NCBI RefSeq assembly: GCF_009914755.1
Contig: NC_060929.1
Strand: one strand, 5' to 3'
Source of the DNA: the human T2T-CHM13v2.0 reference genome, Homo sapiens
Length of the DNA stretch: 64,000 nt
Shown: one piece after another, positions 1-14,406 of the stretch
Position numbering within the stretch: position 1 is the first letter of the stretch
Layout of the letters: every line of letters begins with the position of its first letter
Notes under the pieces: model-generated
Seen by the model: the letters and a program-made list of their open reading frames with translations, nothing else
What the model was told of the DNA's origin: nothing
Databases searched by the model: none
Position numbers and translations under genes: made by a program

Positions 1-602
1 CGTTCATGACTGAGCCTCTATGGACATTTGAGAACAGCTTTAAAGTGAATAACTGTATAATAATTTTATGGAAAATATTCAAATTTTCCAGGAAAAGGGA
101 TGATCGGATGACAAGAACACCTCTGTTTCTGTCCCCATTATTTCTACTAGTCATTCACTTTTGCATGAGCCAGAGTTGATACTCTTATTAAATGCTTGGT
201 GTTTGGAAAAGTTTGTGAGGCCAACATTTGCCTTAGGTACTGGTCAGACAAAGCTGAACCTGATGAGAGAGAAGAGGTCATCAGATTGCACATACTTAAA
301 AAGTAAAGAAACTCTAGGTAGTCTTGCCTCCCACCCAGGCTTAAAGAGTTGGCATCAAGGTGCTCAAATGGACCCAACACAGAGACTGGCGATGCTTTCA
401 GGTTTGGTTCTGTTTGCTGCTCTTATAAACTCATTTTGTGTCCAAGTGGCTTGCTCTGTCAGATGAAACCTTGGAAAGGTAAAAAATCCTTCTCAAGTCA
501 AATTTTCATCTTCCTTTGAAATCTCTGAACCCATTAACTCGGGACATTAACCAGCACTTTCATGTTACCCACCTGAGACCACCTCTTGTTCAGCATCAAC
601 CA

Positions 603-604
<2 letters not shown>

Positions 605-633
<29 letters not shown>

Positions 634-2229
634 GTGAAAGAGCATGCTTTATTTGGAAGCAGAGTGCTGCACAGTGACCGACAGATGAAGGCCACCCATT
701 GGGCACTCACACATCGTACTCCAAAATACACACAGGATGCTTTGCTAATAAAAATCAATGGGAACAGGGATTCCTCTGGGCAACTCCCCCAACCTCATCC
801 CTTTCAGGGGTTGGGAAATCTCCCAACCATCTTCCTGATGGCAGCGGTGGTTCACTAGAGATAAAGCCCCTCAGGGATGCCTTCGTGTTTCTTATAAAGA
901 ACACTTTCTATAGATTTTTTGAAGTCTTCATTTGTTGCTTTCATTCTATGTTCTCTTAAGGCCATCAGACCAGCTTCTGTACAGATTGCCTTGATGTCAG
1001 CACCAGAGAAGTCATCTTTAGCCATGATCAAGTCGTCCAGGGTTACATCATTGGCCAGTGTCATCCTGCATGTGTGAATCTGAAAGATGTGCTTCTTAGT
1101 CTTTTCATCAGGCAGGTGGAACTCGATCTTCTTGTCAATGCGGCCTGGTCTGATAAGTACTGGATCCAAAGTTTCTACTTGTTTTGTGGCCATGATAACT
1201 TTCACATCTTCCCTAGAATCAAATCCACCCAATTGGTTCAACAGTTCCAATTCCAACATTGTTTGCTGAATTTCTCTCTCACCACCAGAATTGGAGTCAT
1301 ATCTTTTTGTCCCAATGGCTTCAATTTCATCAGTAAACATGATGGATGGTGCATGTTCTTCAGCAACTTGAAATACTTGCCGTACGAGTTTGGGCCCATC
1401 ACCTAGGTACTTCTGAATAAGTTCAGAGCCAACCACTCTCAAGAAAGTGGCTGAGGTTTGGTTTGCTACTGCTTTGGCTAACAAGGTTTTTACCTGTGCC
1501 AGGTGGACCACAGAGAATGACCCCTTTAGGAGGCTTTGTACCCATCTCTTCATAATATTCAGGATGGGGGAGAGGAAGCTCCATAGATTCCTTAATTTCC
1601 TGAATTTGGTTGTCCACCCCCCCAGTATTGACATAGGTCTCCTGGGGGGCCTTCTCCACCTTCATCATTGTGACCAGGGGACCCGTATCATCCATCAGCA
1701 CCCCTATCACCGCATGTACCTTGTGTCTGAGCAGAATCGAGCAGCCAGGTTCCAGCAGATCCTTCTCTACAAATGAAATAATGCTGTCATAGTGTTCTGA
1801 GCCCACAGATGTAGACACAATGGCATGATTGTCATCGATGATCTCTTCCAAGTTTCCTACTGACATTGGGGTCCCCCTCAGATCATCCACTTTTGATCTT
1901 CCCTCCTCTTGCTTTTCTTCTAATAGTTTTATTTGTTCCTGATTTCTAATGAATTCTTCCACCATGAGAAGGTAGTCTTTAATTCTCTCTAACTTCAGTA
2001 ATTTTAACCGACACTGAGTGTGAAGTGTCACCAGTGGCAGTTTACTGGCAACATCTTGTCCCTTTGTTTTTTCTTCTTTTTCCGCCACTCTAGTTGGTAC
2101 AAGAGGTTAGTACTTATTTTTCTTGTCCTTTTCATCCTTCTTGCCACGTCTAGGACCATGACCATCACCCTGACTTTGACCCACCTTGTCTTGGCCACTT
2201 GAGCTGCCACTGCTGGAAGTTCCTCCACC
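605..2229 (-). pseudogene. PSMC1: Processed pseudogene of PSMC1 (26S proteasome regulatory ATPase Rpt2/S4); CDS-equivalent 855-2184
   Basis: ORFs 1423..2088 and 855..1634 translate to PSMC1 peptides ([48 protein letters not shown]-terminal PEGLYL). No introns. A 29-nt poly(A) at 605-633, AATAAA at 648-653, and a TSD-like TCAAC(C/T)ATC at 596-604 and 2230-2238. Disablers: start codon ATG>GTG (2182-2184), in-frame TAA at 2107-2109, +1 A frameshift in the run at 1487-1491 just after Walker A. Symbol is that of the parent gene. Confidence 0.96.
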
Positions 2230-2473
2230 TCAACTATCATTTCTAAGTTCCTAATTTTTGATGCGTATTTTCTCTTGGGGATACTCACACTGGAAGGCTA
2301 CCAACTTATATGTTTTCAAGAGAATAAACAGGTACTACATAAATGAATGAAGTGGGCTTGGTGTAAGACACTGGGGAGGGTAAAATATACAGAATGTCAG
2401 CTCTTGATGGGTGTTAAGGAGAGAAGTAAAGCAGGGAAAGGTGTTGGGATATGTACCTGTGGGACAGAGTAGG

Positions 2474-2914
2474 TGTGATGGTCAGGTTCCTGTGTCAGCT
2501 TGGCTAGGCTATAGTACCCAATGCTTAATCAAATACTAACCTAGGTGCTGCTGTGAAGGTATTTGGGGATGTGATGAACATTCACAAATAGTAGACTATA
2601 AGTAAAGCAGATTATCTTTCATAATGTGGTTGGGCCTCACCTCATCCCTTGAAGGCCTTAAGAGCAAAAATTGAGGTTTCCCAGAGAAGAAGAAATTCTG
2701 CCCTAAGACTAAAGCATCAACTCCCACCTATTCCAGCTGCTGGCCTTCCCTGCAGGCTTCAGACTTGCCAGGCTCCACAATCCCATGAGCCAATTCCTTG
2801 AAACAGATCTGAGTGTGTATGCATGTACATATTCACATATATGTACACACACACACACATACACACATTCACATCCTATTGGTGCTGTTTCTCTGGGAAA
2901 TCCTGACTGATCCA
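2474..2914 (+). mobile_element. MLT2-family solo LTR (ERVL) with internal (CA)n
   Basis: Begins TGTGATGGTCAGG..TGTGTCAGCTTGGCTAGGCTATAGTACCCA and ends CCTATTGGTGCTGTTTCTCTGGGAAATCCTGACTGATCCA, resembling MLT2B/D. Confidence 0.8.
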
Positions 2915-3169
2915 GGCTCAATTTTGGATTCAGAAGCTTTTGGACATTCAGTTTGCTAATTTCAAGTCTTTGCTCAAGTGTCACATTCTCAGAGATGCCA
3001 GTCCAATCATTCTATTGAATATGAAAAATTAATCATCTTCCCAATCTGTATTCCTGATCCCCTGACCCCACTCTATTTCTTCCCACAGCAATGTAATTTT
3101 TCACATAACTGTGTTACTATTTGTGTTTATTTTCTATCACTCCTAGTATATAAGCTTCATGATAGCAGG

Positions 3170-3595
3170 TGTCATAGGATGACTTCCCTGGGAACAAAAC
3201 TCTGAGCTGGAGATTTGTGTGCAAGGAGGGTTATGGCGGTGGGTGCTCTCAGGCACAGCAGCCACAGGGTGTGAAGGAAGCAAGATTGGGCACAGAGAAG
3301 ACTTGAACTGTGATTCAGTTGCAACAGAGGTCTCCACTGATTCCCAGGGGAGCCCTGAAGCTGGGGAAGTGCTTCAGGGATGTCCTGAATTGAGACAAAG
3401 GGGGCGGGCCCCAAATCAGCCAGTCATTGGATGCAGAGTGTCCCCAGGAAGGGGACACAGCTCCCTTTGGCCAAGGGCAATTCATAGGGAGGACTCAATG
3501 TGGGTCATCAGCCAGTAACAATCCTGGCAGCTGGGGAATGAGCAGAGTGACCCTGAACAAGGATCTGGGCAGTGCACCTGGCAGGCAGCAGCCAT
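3170..3595 (-). mobile_element. Ancient ERVL-type LTR (LTR16/LTR33-like) nested in an L2 3' end
   Basis: Starts TGTCATAGGATGACTTCCCTGGGAACAAAACTCTGAG, like the reverse-complemented end of old ERVL LTRs. L2 3' sequence flanks it (2960-3169; 3596-3692 ending in (TGAA)n). Confidence 0.5.
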
Positions 3596-3845
3596 CTTTA
3601 TTTCTCTATTGCTGCATCCTCAGTTCCCAGGACAGGGCCAGGATTGTTGAATGGATGGGTGGGTGGATGAATGAATGAATGAATGAATGAATTGTTTTCA
3701 GAAAGGTCGGCATGTACAAACAGGATATGGCCACTGCTCTCAGTTGATGGGCAGAATGACAAGAGGATAAAAATAGAAAATAGGCTAATATGATCACAAA
3801 AACCATTAAGGCAGTAAAAAACAAAGAATGATAAATGAGAGAATA

Positions 3846-3945
3846 GAGGCTTAGGGCTATTCGAGGGAAGGGCAGTAAATACATTTATATGACAGGGCTT
3901 AGGGCTATTCGAGGGAGGAGCACTAAATACATTTATATGACAGAG
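3846..3945. repeat. 48-bp tandem duplication (2 copies)
   Basis: GGCTTAGGGCTATTCGAGGGA.G.GCA.TAAATACATTTATATGACAG repeated; TTAGGGCTAT at 3851 and 3899. Confidence 0.9.
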
Positions 3946-4429
3946 TTTCCATGTCTTACACACAGATCCTGAGCAGTTGTAGGCCCAGGGTGTGCTGTTA
4001 CTGGCCTGAGCAGAACCCAGGGTTAAAGAAAGCATCCTGCGAACACAAGGAACAACTGGCTCCCGTGACAGAACTTTTAACCAGCCTTTTCTCAAATCTG
4101 TTGACTTAACGCAGGCCAGGGAATTCTTTGAAAGGCAACATGGCTATAAATCAGCAAGTCCTGCGAACGTGCATTCCAGGGTCTTGGAGGAAAGGGCTGC
4201 ACACAAAAGCACCTCTTCTAAGTCTTCAGGAATGCTGTGGTGAGTGGCCCTGGAGGTCTCGGGGTTAGACTCTGGGGCTGGGAATGAAAAGCATCCAGGA
4301 AAGGGGAGAAGGGAAGCCCCAGCAGAGCAGCGCAGCTTGCTTCTAAGGACAGCAATGGACACCTAACACCCGGAGTGGTGCCTAGCAGATTCTAGTCACT
4401 CAATGAATGTCTGCTGAGTGACTGAAGAA

Positions 4430-4535
4430 TAGTCAGGGACCTTGATTCTGGCCCTAGTTCTGTCATTCACTTGCCATGTGACCTTCAGGAGGTCTCTTTG
4501 CTTCTCTGAGTCTTGTTCATCCTGTCTGTAAAATA
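4430..4535 (+). mobile_element. MIR fragment
   Basis: Core TGTGACCTT...CTTCTCTGAGTCTTGTTCATCCTGTCTGTAAAAT. Confidence 0.6.
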
Positions 4536-4590
4536 TTGGGCTTAAGCACAAATGGAATCTTTGGGAATGAATGGCTCATGACAGTCTGAA

Positions 4591-4882
4591 TTTATTTACT
4601 TTATTTATTTTTGAAATGGGGTCTCACTCTGTTGCTCAGGCTGGAGTGCAGTGGCACCATCATGGCTCAACCTCCTGGGCTCAGGTGATCCTCCCACCTC
4701 AGCCTCCTGAGTAGCTTGGACCACAGGCGTGCACCACCATGCCCAGCTAATTTTTGTATTTTTTCTAGAGACAGGGTTTCACCATGTTGCCCAGGCTAGT
4801 CTCAAATTCCTGGGCTCAAGCAATCTGCCCACCTCAGCCTCCCAAAGTGCTGGGATTACAGTTGTGAGCCACAACGCCAGCT
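4591..4882 (-). mobile_element. AluJ
   Basis: T-rich tail followed by an antisense Alu dimer with AluJ-type CTCCTGGGCTCAAGCAATC. Confidence 0.9.
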
Positions 4883-5324
4883 GAATTAAAAAGCATTTGA
4901 AGAGGTGCCTGAAGCTGTGGAAGGCAGGAGACGTAAGAAGCCCATATGGCAGAGTTTCCTGAGCTAATGTGAGCACATGCGATGATCGGGGCTGCTAAGG
5001 GAAGTAAGCAATTCCTGCTATGGCTGCCACACCCCAGTGGGACTTGCAGGGGAATAACAGGACACTGCTGTGTCCACCACTCCAGGAGAAATGTCTCTTC
5101 CAGAGCTGCTGAAAACACAACAGATCTCCCTCTGGGGCAGCCTGACGCCAGAGGCCGAGGGGAAAGAGGAAAGTGCTGTCTGATGCCCACTGCAACTTCC
5201 ATTCTATCTGAGGCAGGCCATTTCCTAAGGCTTGGAGGCTGGCAGAATGGCAATCAATTTCAGTCAACTGCCTGCTCACTTCCATCCGTGGCTTGATGTG
5301 GCACAAAGAATGACAGGCTCCCAC

Positions 5325-5472
5325 TCAGAATAGGAGAGTTCAAATTCTAGCTTTTCTAACCCCTGCAAATCTGGCAACTGACTGAATTTCTCTGGATCTA
5401 TAAAATGGGACTAATTCTGTCTACATCACAGGTATGATTAAACTGGAGAAGATTTGTATGAAACCAGCACAA
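5325..5472 (+). mobile_element. MIR fragment
   Basis: GTTCAAATTCTAGCT...TCTATAAAATGGGA...CTACATCACAGG. Confidence 0.5.
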
Positions 5473-6787
5473 GTTTCCCCCCCCCACCCCTTCTCTCCCT
5501 TTCTCCCTCTACCTTCACTCCTTCCTTCTGTGCAAGCCAGCCTAGCTAGCTGGAACAGGACATAAACAAGGCCAAGGGCATGAGTTTGATGCCCATATAG
5601 GACCAGAGTCCTGGATAGACAACTCGCAAGTTGTGTGCTCATGCTTCTCATCACAGAACAAAGGCAGTTTGCCACTGACCAGTGTCACTGTGGACAAATA
5701 CTATTTATTCAGCAAGGATGCCAAGCATTTTTAATCCCTGACTCATCAGGAAGAGGAATTTGGCAAAGGGGGGAATGGGGGTGGGGAATAAATGGGAATA
5801 AATCCAAGTGAGGCAAGAATGTAATTAGGAGGGTCAGATTCTACTGCTCTGGAGCACAGAAGGAGAAGGGAGGAGGTGGTCCTTTCCCTTGGAAGAATTG
5901 GCACAAGGACCCCAATTCTCCCTTTGTAAACCTGGAAAAGAGAGCCCCTTGAAAAATTTTGGGGTTTTCATTCTCCCTCCTGGAGTTGCTCTGAATCCCA
6001 TGGCTGTGGATCCCTGCGGAGTGGTGATATAATGGAAATGAGTCCTCAAATATCTCCATTTGCACTAAGCAGTTTTTGTGTGCCATGTGGCTGTAAGTGT
6101 AAGTACTATCATGCAGGAGGTATGTCCATTTTTTACTTAAATCTGTGTCCTTATATTAAAAGTAGTTGGAGTTTAGACCCACATGACAGCCAGGCCTGAT
6201 AGTTGGGTTCCCTATTTCATTTGACACTCTCTTTTGCCCCATATGTCTCCACACTAGGGGTTCAGCAGCCTAGCCATGGGAATGGACTTCTTAGAGGCTC
6301 CTTCTTCTTGGCTGGGGGCCCTGGACCCTGATGAGGGCTGCCCAGAGCCTTCCCCTGCAGTGTCACCTTCTTGTGAGCTGAGTCTGAGGAGGTGCTTGGC
6401 TTCCCCCACCGTGTAGAGATGGTGGCCCGCGTGGTGACAGTCATTTGCTTTCCCTGCTTTGGTTGGTTGCCTCGCTCTGCCTGCTCCCTTCTTTTCCTCC
6501 AGCTCTTTCTTCCCCATCACAATGCCTTGTTATGATCTCCTCTTCCCCTCCCCATGATGCTAGAAACTGCCTCTTGTCTCACCACCCCTTTCTTCTTTTC
6601 CCAAGATTCCTGCCTCCTCTTCGAGCTCTCTCACTCCAAGTTTAAGCCGTGAGAATTTCCTTCTCTGCAGTACCGAAAGATGCTCTTAATACCAGCTCCT
6701 GCTCCAGTGGGCCCAAAAAATTCCTCCAGGCAAGTGGGCACAGAGATCATCTTGAGAACTGAATAAGTTTAAAGGGGGAGAAAGTGG

Positions 6788-6985
6788 CATTAATTGAGCC
6801 CTAACTCTTTGCTAGGGAACTTGCATGCAATATACATCTAATCTTCACAGCATTCTTTTGAGATCCTTTACTACCGCTTTGTAGATGAGAAAATTGAGGC
6901 TCAGAGAAGGTAAGTGCCTAACCTGAGGCCTCAGTTAGTGAATGGCAGTCATCATCTTTTCCCAGTCTGTCTGACTCTGGAGTCA
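6788..6985 (-). mobile_element. MIR
   Basis: Antisense core TAGATGAGAAAATTGAGGCTCAGAGAAGGTAAG...CCCAGTCTGTCTGACTC. Confidence 0.75.
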
Positions 6986-7113
6986 TTCTCATTTCTACAC
7001 TTCCGCCCCTCGCTGAATCCACAGTAATCTTCACATTCACCTCTGGCTAATGCAATTCCATCTTGATTCTTAGGAAAATATGATGTGTCAGGTTGAATTT
7101 TAAACACAGCATC

Positions 7114-7468
7114 TGTATTAATCCCTTTCCATGCTGCTGATAAAGACATATGAGAAACTGGGAACAAAAAGAGGTTTAATTGGACTTACAGTTCCACATG
7201 GCTGGGGAGGCCTCAGGATCATGGCGGGAGGAGGAAGGCACTTCTTACATGGTGGTGGCAAGAGAAAAATGAGAAAGGAGCAAAAGCAGAAGGTCCTGAT
7301 AAACCCGTCAGATCTCATGAGACTTATTCACTATCAGGAGAATAGCACGGGAAAGATCAGCCCCCATGATTCAATTACTTCCCCTTGGGTCTTTCCCACA
7401 ACATGTGGGAATTCTGGGATATACAATTCAAGTTGAGATTTGGGTGGGGACACAGCCAAACCATATCA
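7114..7468 (-). mobile_element. THE1/MST-family MaLR solo LTR
   Basis: TGTATTA...GGGGACACAGCCAAACCATATCA with a perfect 5-bp TSD GCATC (7109-7113, 7469-7473). Confidence 0.92.
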
Positions 7469-7606
7469 GCATCCTAGAAATTAAAGTTGGAGAAGCAGAA
7501 ATAAATGTGTCAAGATGATTTGTAGGATGACAATGAGATGAGACACAAGCTCCGATGACTTGAGTTGAAAAATGCTAAATGTGTGTGTATTTTGTGTTTT
7601 GGGGCA

Positions 7607-7667
7607 TGTGTGTGTGTGTATGTGAGAGAGAGAGAGAGAAAGTGAGAGAGAGAGAGAGAGAGAGAGA
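7607..7667. repeat. (TG)n(GA)n compound microsatellite
   Basis: Directly visible dinucleotide runs. Confidence 0.9.
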
Positions 7668-7874
7668 ATAAATCCAGCAAATTAATAAAAGCATCAATCT
7701 AAGGCCACTGGTCCTGAATGCTAGGGCAAGATGAGAAAGCAGCTCAGGAAGTGATTATAATGAACAGAGAGACTCTGACCTGGAAGAAATCTTGTTACTC
7801 AGGATCAGGAAAATGTTAAACTCTTCTCAGCTAGTGTTTTTTTTATTAAAACATGCTGCATATAATTAATCACT

Positions 7875-8078
7875 CATAAATATACATTAAATAAGATGTC
7901 TGTAAAAGACACACATATAAAACAAGGTCATGTATTGTTTGGTTTATGAAATGTTGTGACCAGAGGCTGGAAGGAGCCTGGCTCTTCCCAGGAGCAGTGA
8001 TTCAGTGTTCACTAATTCATTGTCTGCAGAGACTTTATAGACTAGACCATAACTAGGCTGAATAACAAGAATTGACTG
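7875..8078 (+). mobile_element. DNA transposon relic (Tigger-like, family uncertain)
   Basis: AAACAAGGTCATGTATTG...GTTGTGACCAGAGGCT...AATAACAAGAATTGACTG resembles a TcMar-Tigger 3' end. Confidence 0.45.
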
Positions 8079-8325
8079 TTTCCTGTCTTGTTTACTGTTG
8101 TCTCTCCCACTAGACAGTGTGGTGTACAAGGACAGGCGTTATGTCTGTTTTCCTCACCCCTAGATCCCTGCAACCCCTGGCACATAGTAAGTGCCAATAA
8201 GTGATTTTTTGTTTGAATGAATGAATGAAAGAGGAGGAGAATCATGAAAGTGTAGGGTCATAGAAGCCAGGAGAGTTTTTAGTACTAACGAGTCATTAAC
8301 AACGTAGACAAAGCAGAGGGATTGG

Positions 8326-8461
8326 TGAGGGAAGGAGGGGAAGTGCCCATTTGCTGGCATATGGGAGCCTGGGAGACTGGTTTCAGCTGAGAAAGGAGGG
8401 GAAGTGCCCATTAGCTGGCATATGGGAGCCTGGGAGACTGGTTTCAGCTGAGGAAGGAGGG
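8326..8461. repeat. 61-bp tandem duplication (~2.2 copies)
   Basis: AAGTGCCCATT(T/A)GCTGGCATATGGGAGCCTGGGAGACTGGTTTCAGCTGAG at 8341 and 8402. Confidence 0.92.
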
Positions 8462-9917
8462 CAGAAGCCAGGCTGTAGCAACTGAGGAATGGACAATGAG
8501 GAAGAAGAAAGAGTGTAGGCTACATTTTTGAAAGTTTGGGTGAGAAGGGGAGGAAAGGGATTTGATAGAAGCTAGAGGAGCACCTGATCAAGGGGTGGGT
8601 GTTTCAGACCTGGAGAAGTGCTCTCATAATTATAAGCTTTGGGGGCAAGCATCCCAGAGGGAGGAAGAGGCTGGGCGTGTAGCACCTGGAAAGAAAGGAA
8701 TGTGGCTCAGGGCAAAGGTTAACTCTGAACAAGAAGAGGAAGATCTAAGCTGCAGCAGCTAGGGAAAAGGAAAAATGGATGAGTGTGAATGTAAATGTAC
8801 TTACAGTGAAGGGGGCAGGAAGGTGAAACGGGTCCTTCCTGATCACCTTGGTGTCTCCTGGTGCATTAGGAGGCCAGGTGTGATGTAAGAGAAGGAGAGA
8901 GAGGTCTTGTGAAGACTGAGCTGAGGCTTGGTGAAGGTGAGGGAGTTCACGCTGGATGAATCAAAGGATTATTGGATAGATTGATGCTGGAGGTCCAGGA
9001 TGCTGTGTTGGCCTTCGCAGCCAGGGTGAAAGGAGCAGATGAGGCTGGTTATGGTGCTGCTGCCCAGCCTGTATGTTTTGCTGGGCAGGTGCAGTAGGAG
9101 GATTGTGGTGTGAGGGAGCTGAAGAATCTGTGAGAGAAGAGGACTTGTGATCAACAATGAAGTTCAGGCTGGAGCAGGCTGATGACTAGGAGAAGACAGA
9201 GGATCAGGGGCTTGTGGTGTCTCTGAGGTAGAAGAGCAGATATGGAGGGATGAGGAGATGAGATGGGGGGTCAGGGTTTCATGAGGGAAAGCTTCAGGTG
9301 ATGATCAAGCCCAGAGTGTCACCATGCCTGTGGGTGGGCAGCTGAAGGTCAGTAGAGTTCCTGGTATTCAGGAGATCCAGGGATTGCATGGATCCAGTCA
9401 TCCAGCTACTCTTGCATTGATTTCGCATCGGTTTAGTCTTGACTGATTTTTGCATTGATTAGATCTTGCACTGAATAAGCTTTTTACTGTGGTTTTTCAG
9501 GCCTGAGGCAGGTGACAGTAAAACAACCTGTTGAGGTTGTTTCAGTGAGATTGTTAAGCATCATATGTCCAAGGGAAATATTAATTTCACCAAGTCAGAC
9601 ATATGTAAGACAGCCATCCTTTCCTCTATATATCACACAAAGCTAAATGGATCTATTATTTGAAAGAAACTTGAAAGAAAATTTTGCATATCTACAAGGA
9701 GTGTGGTATGAAGGAAAAAAGATTAACATATCCAAATAATGGTCCTGGCTCTGTCACTAACTAACCTTGTGATCCTGGGCAGGTTTAACACTCTGGGCCC
9801 CAGTTTACAGACACCTACTGCCTCCAGAACAGTTCTTCCCAGTCTGACTTCTTAACCCATCGTATTCAGGCTTTCATCCCCAGCACAACCTACCTGCCCA
9901 TTGAGAACTGTTAGTGA

Positions 9918-10320
<403 letters not shown>

Positions 10321-10829
10321 CAGATTCTTCTTAACTTTGCTTCAGAAGCGCCATCCTTGAGGTTCTCCTACTCAGCACCTATATGTCCTTCTCTGTTTCC
10401 TGCATCCTCAGACAGTTGATCCCAAGGATGGACCCTTCCTCTTTCCAGGGCTCCTCCCTTGGCATTCTCTTTCAGTTGCTTAATTTCAGTCATTACCTCC
10501 TTGCAAGGGATTTAGTTCTTTATCTTCAGCTCTGGCTTTTGTCCCTTGTTCTAGTTGAAGTTTCCAAGTGCCTGTTGGACATCTCTGCCAGCACTAGGAA
10601 ATTCACTAGTTGCAAACCAGAATGCATTTTTTTTTCCCTGTTATCCCTCTCTGTTTCATATTTCTATCCATGGAACCATCGTTCTCCTGTCACTCAAAGT
10701 ATTTTCTCTCTCTCTTTTTTTTTTTTTTTTGCAAATAACTGTACTCTAAAAGAATCATAGCACCTTGGAGAAGTTCATCTGAAAGGGATCCGAGAGGTGG
10801 TATCTCACAGTGGGAGGCATTGTGGCTAT

Positions 10830-11060
10830 AGGCAGGTGTGGCCTGTGGACTTGAGTCAATCTGTATTTGAATGCTGGCTTAGTTACTTGCTTGCCGAGTG
10901 GCCTTTGGAAAGTTACTTAACTTCTCTGTGCCTCAGTTTCACACTTGTAAAATAGAGATAATACCTTAAAAGGTTATTGTTAGCATCAATTAGATGATGT
11001 ATGTGAAGTCCTTAGTAAAGGGCCTATAACTTATTAAATATTCAATGAATAATATTTATT
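10830..11060 (+). mobile_element. MIR
   Basis: GTTACTTAACTTCTCTGTGCCTCAGTTTC...TGTAAAATAGAGATAATA. Confidence 0.75.
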
Positions 11061-11193
11061 ATCAAGGATACTACCCACTCATTTTTCAGATGGTGAAACT
11101 GATGACCGAAGAGATAAGTGAATAACAGGGAAAGAGTTGGGACTAGAAACGTGTCTGATGACTTCAAGATCTGTGTGCCTACCTACATTTTTT

Positions 11194-11473
<280 letters not shown>

Positions 11474-12444
11474 CTACCTACATTTTTTAAGGCAATTTAT
11501 GTATAAGCTAGGGAGTAATGATTGGAAACAGTAAGAAAACCATCTTTGGAGGGGTTTATTTTTATATCTGAAGTTCCTCCGGGAAGGGGTCATGTCTCTA
11601 ACTTGCTGTCAAGTCTTAATTATTTATGCTAATTGGGACCAAGAAAACTTGGTTAAATGAAAAGTCCATATAGTCTCCAAATGCCTTTTAAATAACAACT
11701 TCAACCTTTTCTTTAATTATCATTTATCTGTTTGTTGGAGGTACTACAACAATGTAGAAACAGAACATGAAAAATAGCAAAATGCTTGAGTCACAGATTT
11801 CTAACTATGTTTCAAAAGAGAATTACAAATAAGTTCAGCTCAAAAGAAATCTCAAAGATTTTGAAAAATAGACATGGAATGAAGGCATTGTGATATATAA
11901 AAATAAATGAAAGAAATTCCACATACATTGTTATCAATGTCTGGAAGTGCTCCATGTTTGGGAGGAGATTAGCCCCTGGTTGCTAATGCTGTTTTTCATA
12001 TTTACTTATCTTGTTAACTTCATTAAACCTAACAGGAAATAATTTCAGCATCACAGCTAATTTATTTTGACATCCCAAGAGTGCTATTTTATTTTTTTAA
12101 ATTGTGCCTGCTGCTTTCTATCAAACCATACCCCAACTGAAGGGGCATCTGTTATTGGAATGTCTTTTCAAAAATAACAGTGGAGTCTAAATGTCTGGAA
12201 GGTTTACAATAAAATCTTCTATTTGGAGCCAACATTTGCGATGGGAGGCTTGGGTTTATTTTACTTTATTTTTTAAGTCTTTCCAGACTTTTGAGAAAGT
12301 CATCATGTGTGATCATGTTTCTTCAGCTGAATGTGGTCAATTCAATCTGGCTCACTGAGGGTTGGGGAAGGGGAATCTCCCAGGAGGCATGAAGTAAACA
12401 GCATGTTCTGGATGTGTCTATTGGGCAGAGGTATGAGTTCCAGG

Positions 12445-12720
12445 TTTTGTTTCTTTTTGAGTTAGAGTCTTGCTCTGTCACCCAGGCTGGAGTGTCACAA
12501 CTCACTGCAGCCTCCAACCTCTGGGCTCAAATAATCCTCCTGCCTCAGCCTTCTGAGTAACTAGGACTACAGGTGTGTGCCACCATGCCTGGCTATTTTT
12601 TTTCTTTTTTTGTAGAGATGGAGTCTCACTATGTTGCCTAGGCTGGTCTTGAACTCTTGGCCTCAAACAATCCTCCCAAAGTGCTGGGATTACAGGTGTG
12701 ACACACCACTGCACCCAGAT
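12445..12720 (-). mobile_element. AluJ (internally deleted)
   Basis: Antisense Alu dimer with J-type motifs and small deletions. Confidence 0.85.
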
Positions 12721-12805
12721 GAATGCCATGACTTTTAAAGGGAACTCCTTATTTCTACCTAGAGTCAGTTTCCAGTGGCTTCTGTTTTGAACAGTTTGGT
12801 CATCC

Positions 12806-13876
<1,071 letters not shown>

Positions 13877-14406
13877 ATCCAGCAAACATTTCATGTTTGT
13901 TTGATACCTGCTAATAATATAGTAGCATCCAGAGGCAAGAGAAAGGTGTGGGGGGGACCACATGTCCCCTTATTCCCAACCTGACTACTAGAGAGTATGG
14001 CATGTTAAAATGAAAGTAAGGCTTGGATTGAATTTTGGCAGACACATAAATTAATATTTATTCATAAACATGAAAACAAATGCAAAACTATTTTGAAGGC
14101 AGAATGGACCAGCCTAGGAAAATGATCAGATCTTCATGCAGTTAAAAATGCAGGACCATCGAGAAGTGAGACCTGAAGATGGTAATAAACTGCTGGGCGT
14201 GCCAGATTCTGCAGGCCAGGGTGGTAGAGCTGTGCTCCTTCTGCCTATCCCTTATGCCAAGTAAGAAACCCTCTGGGTTAGATTTTGACAAACTATTTGA
14301 AGTGCTAAATAACCACCTTTGAAGGTTATTGATTCCTGATTGGGATTCCTAATAGCTAATTAACTGCCCTGAGGGGTAGGGGTAGATTCCTGATTAGGAT
14401 ACTTTG

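Noticed and set aside
855-2088. 259-aa and 221-aa ORFs as a functional PSMC1 gene
   Set aside because: Intronless, with poly(A)/TSD, lost ATG, an in-frame stop and a frameshift: a processed pseudogene.
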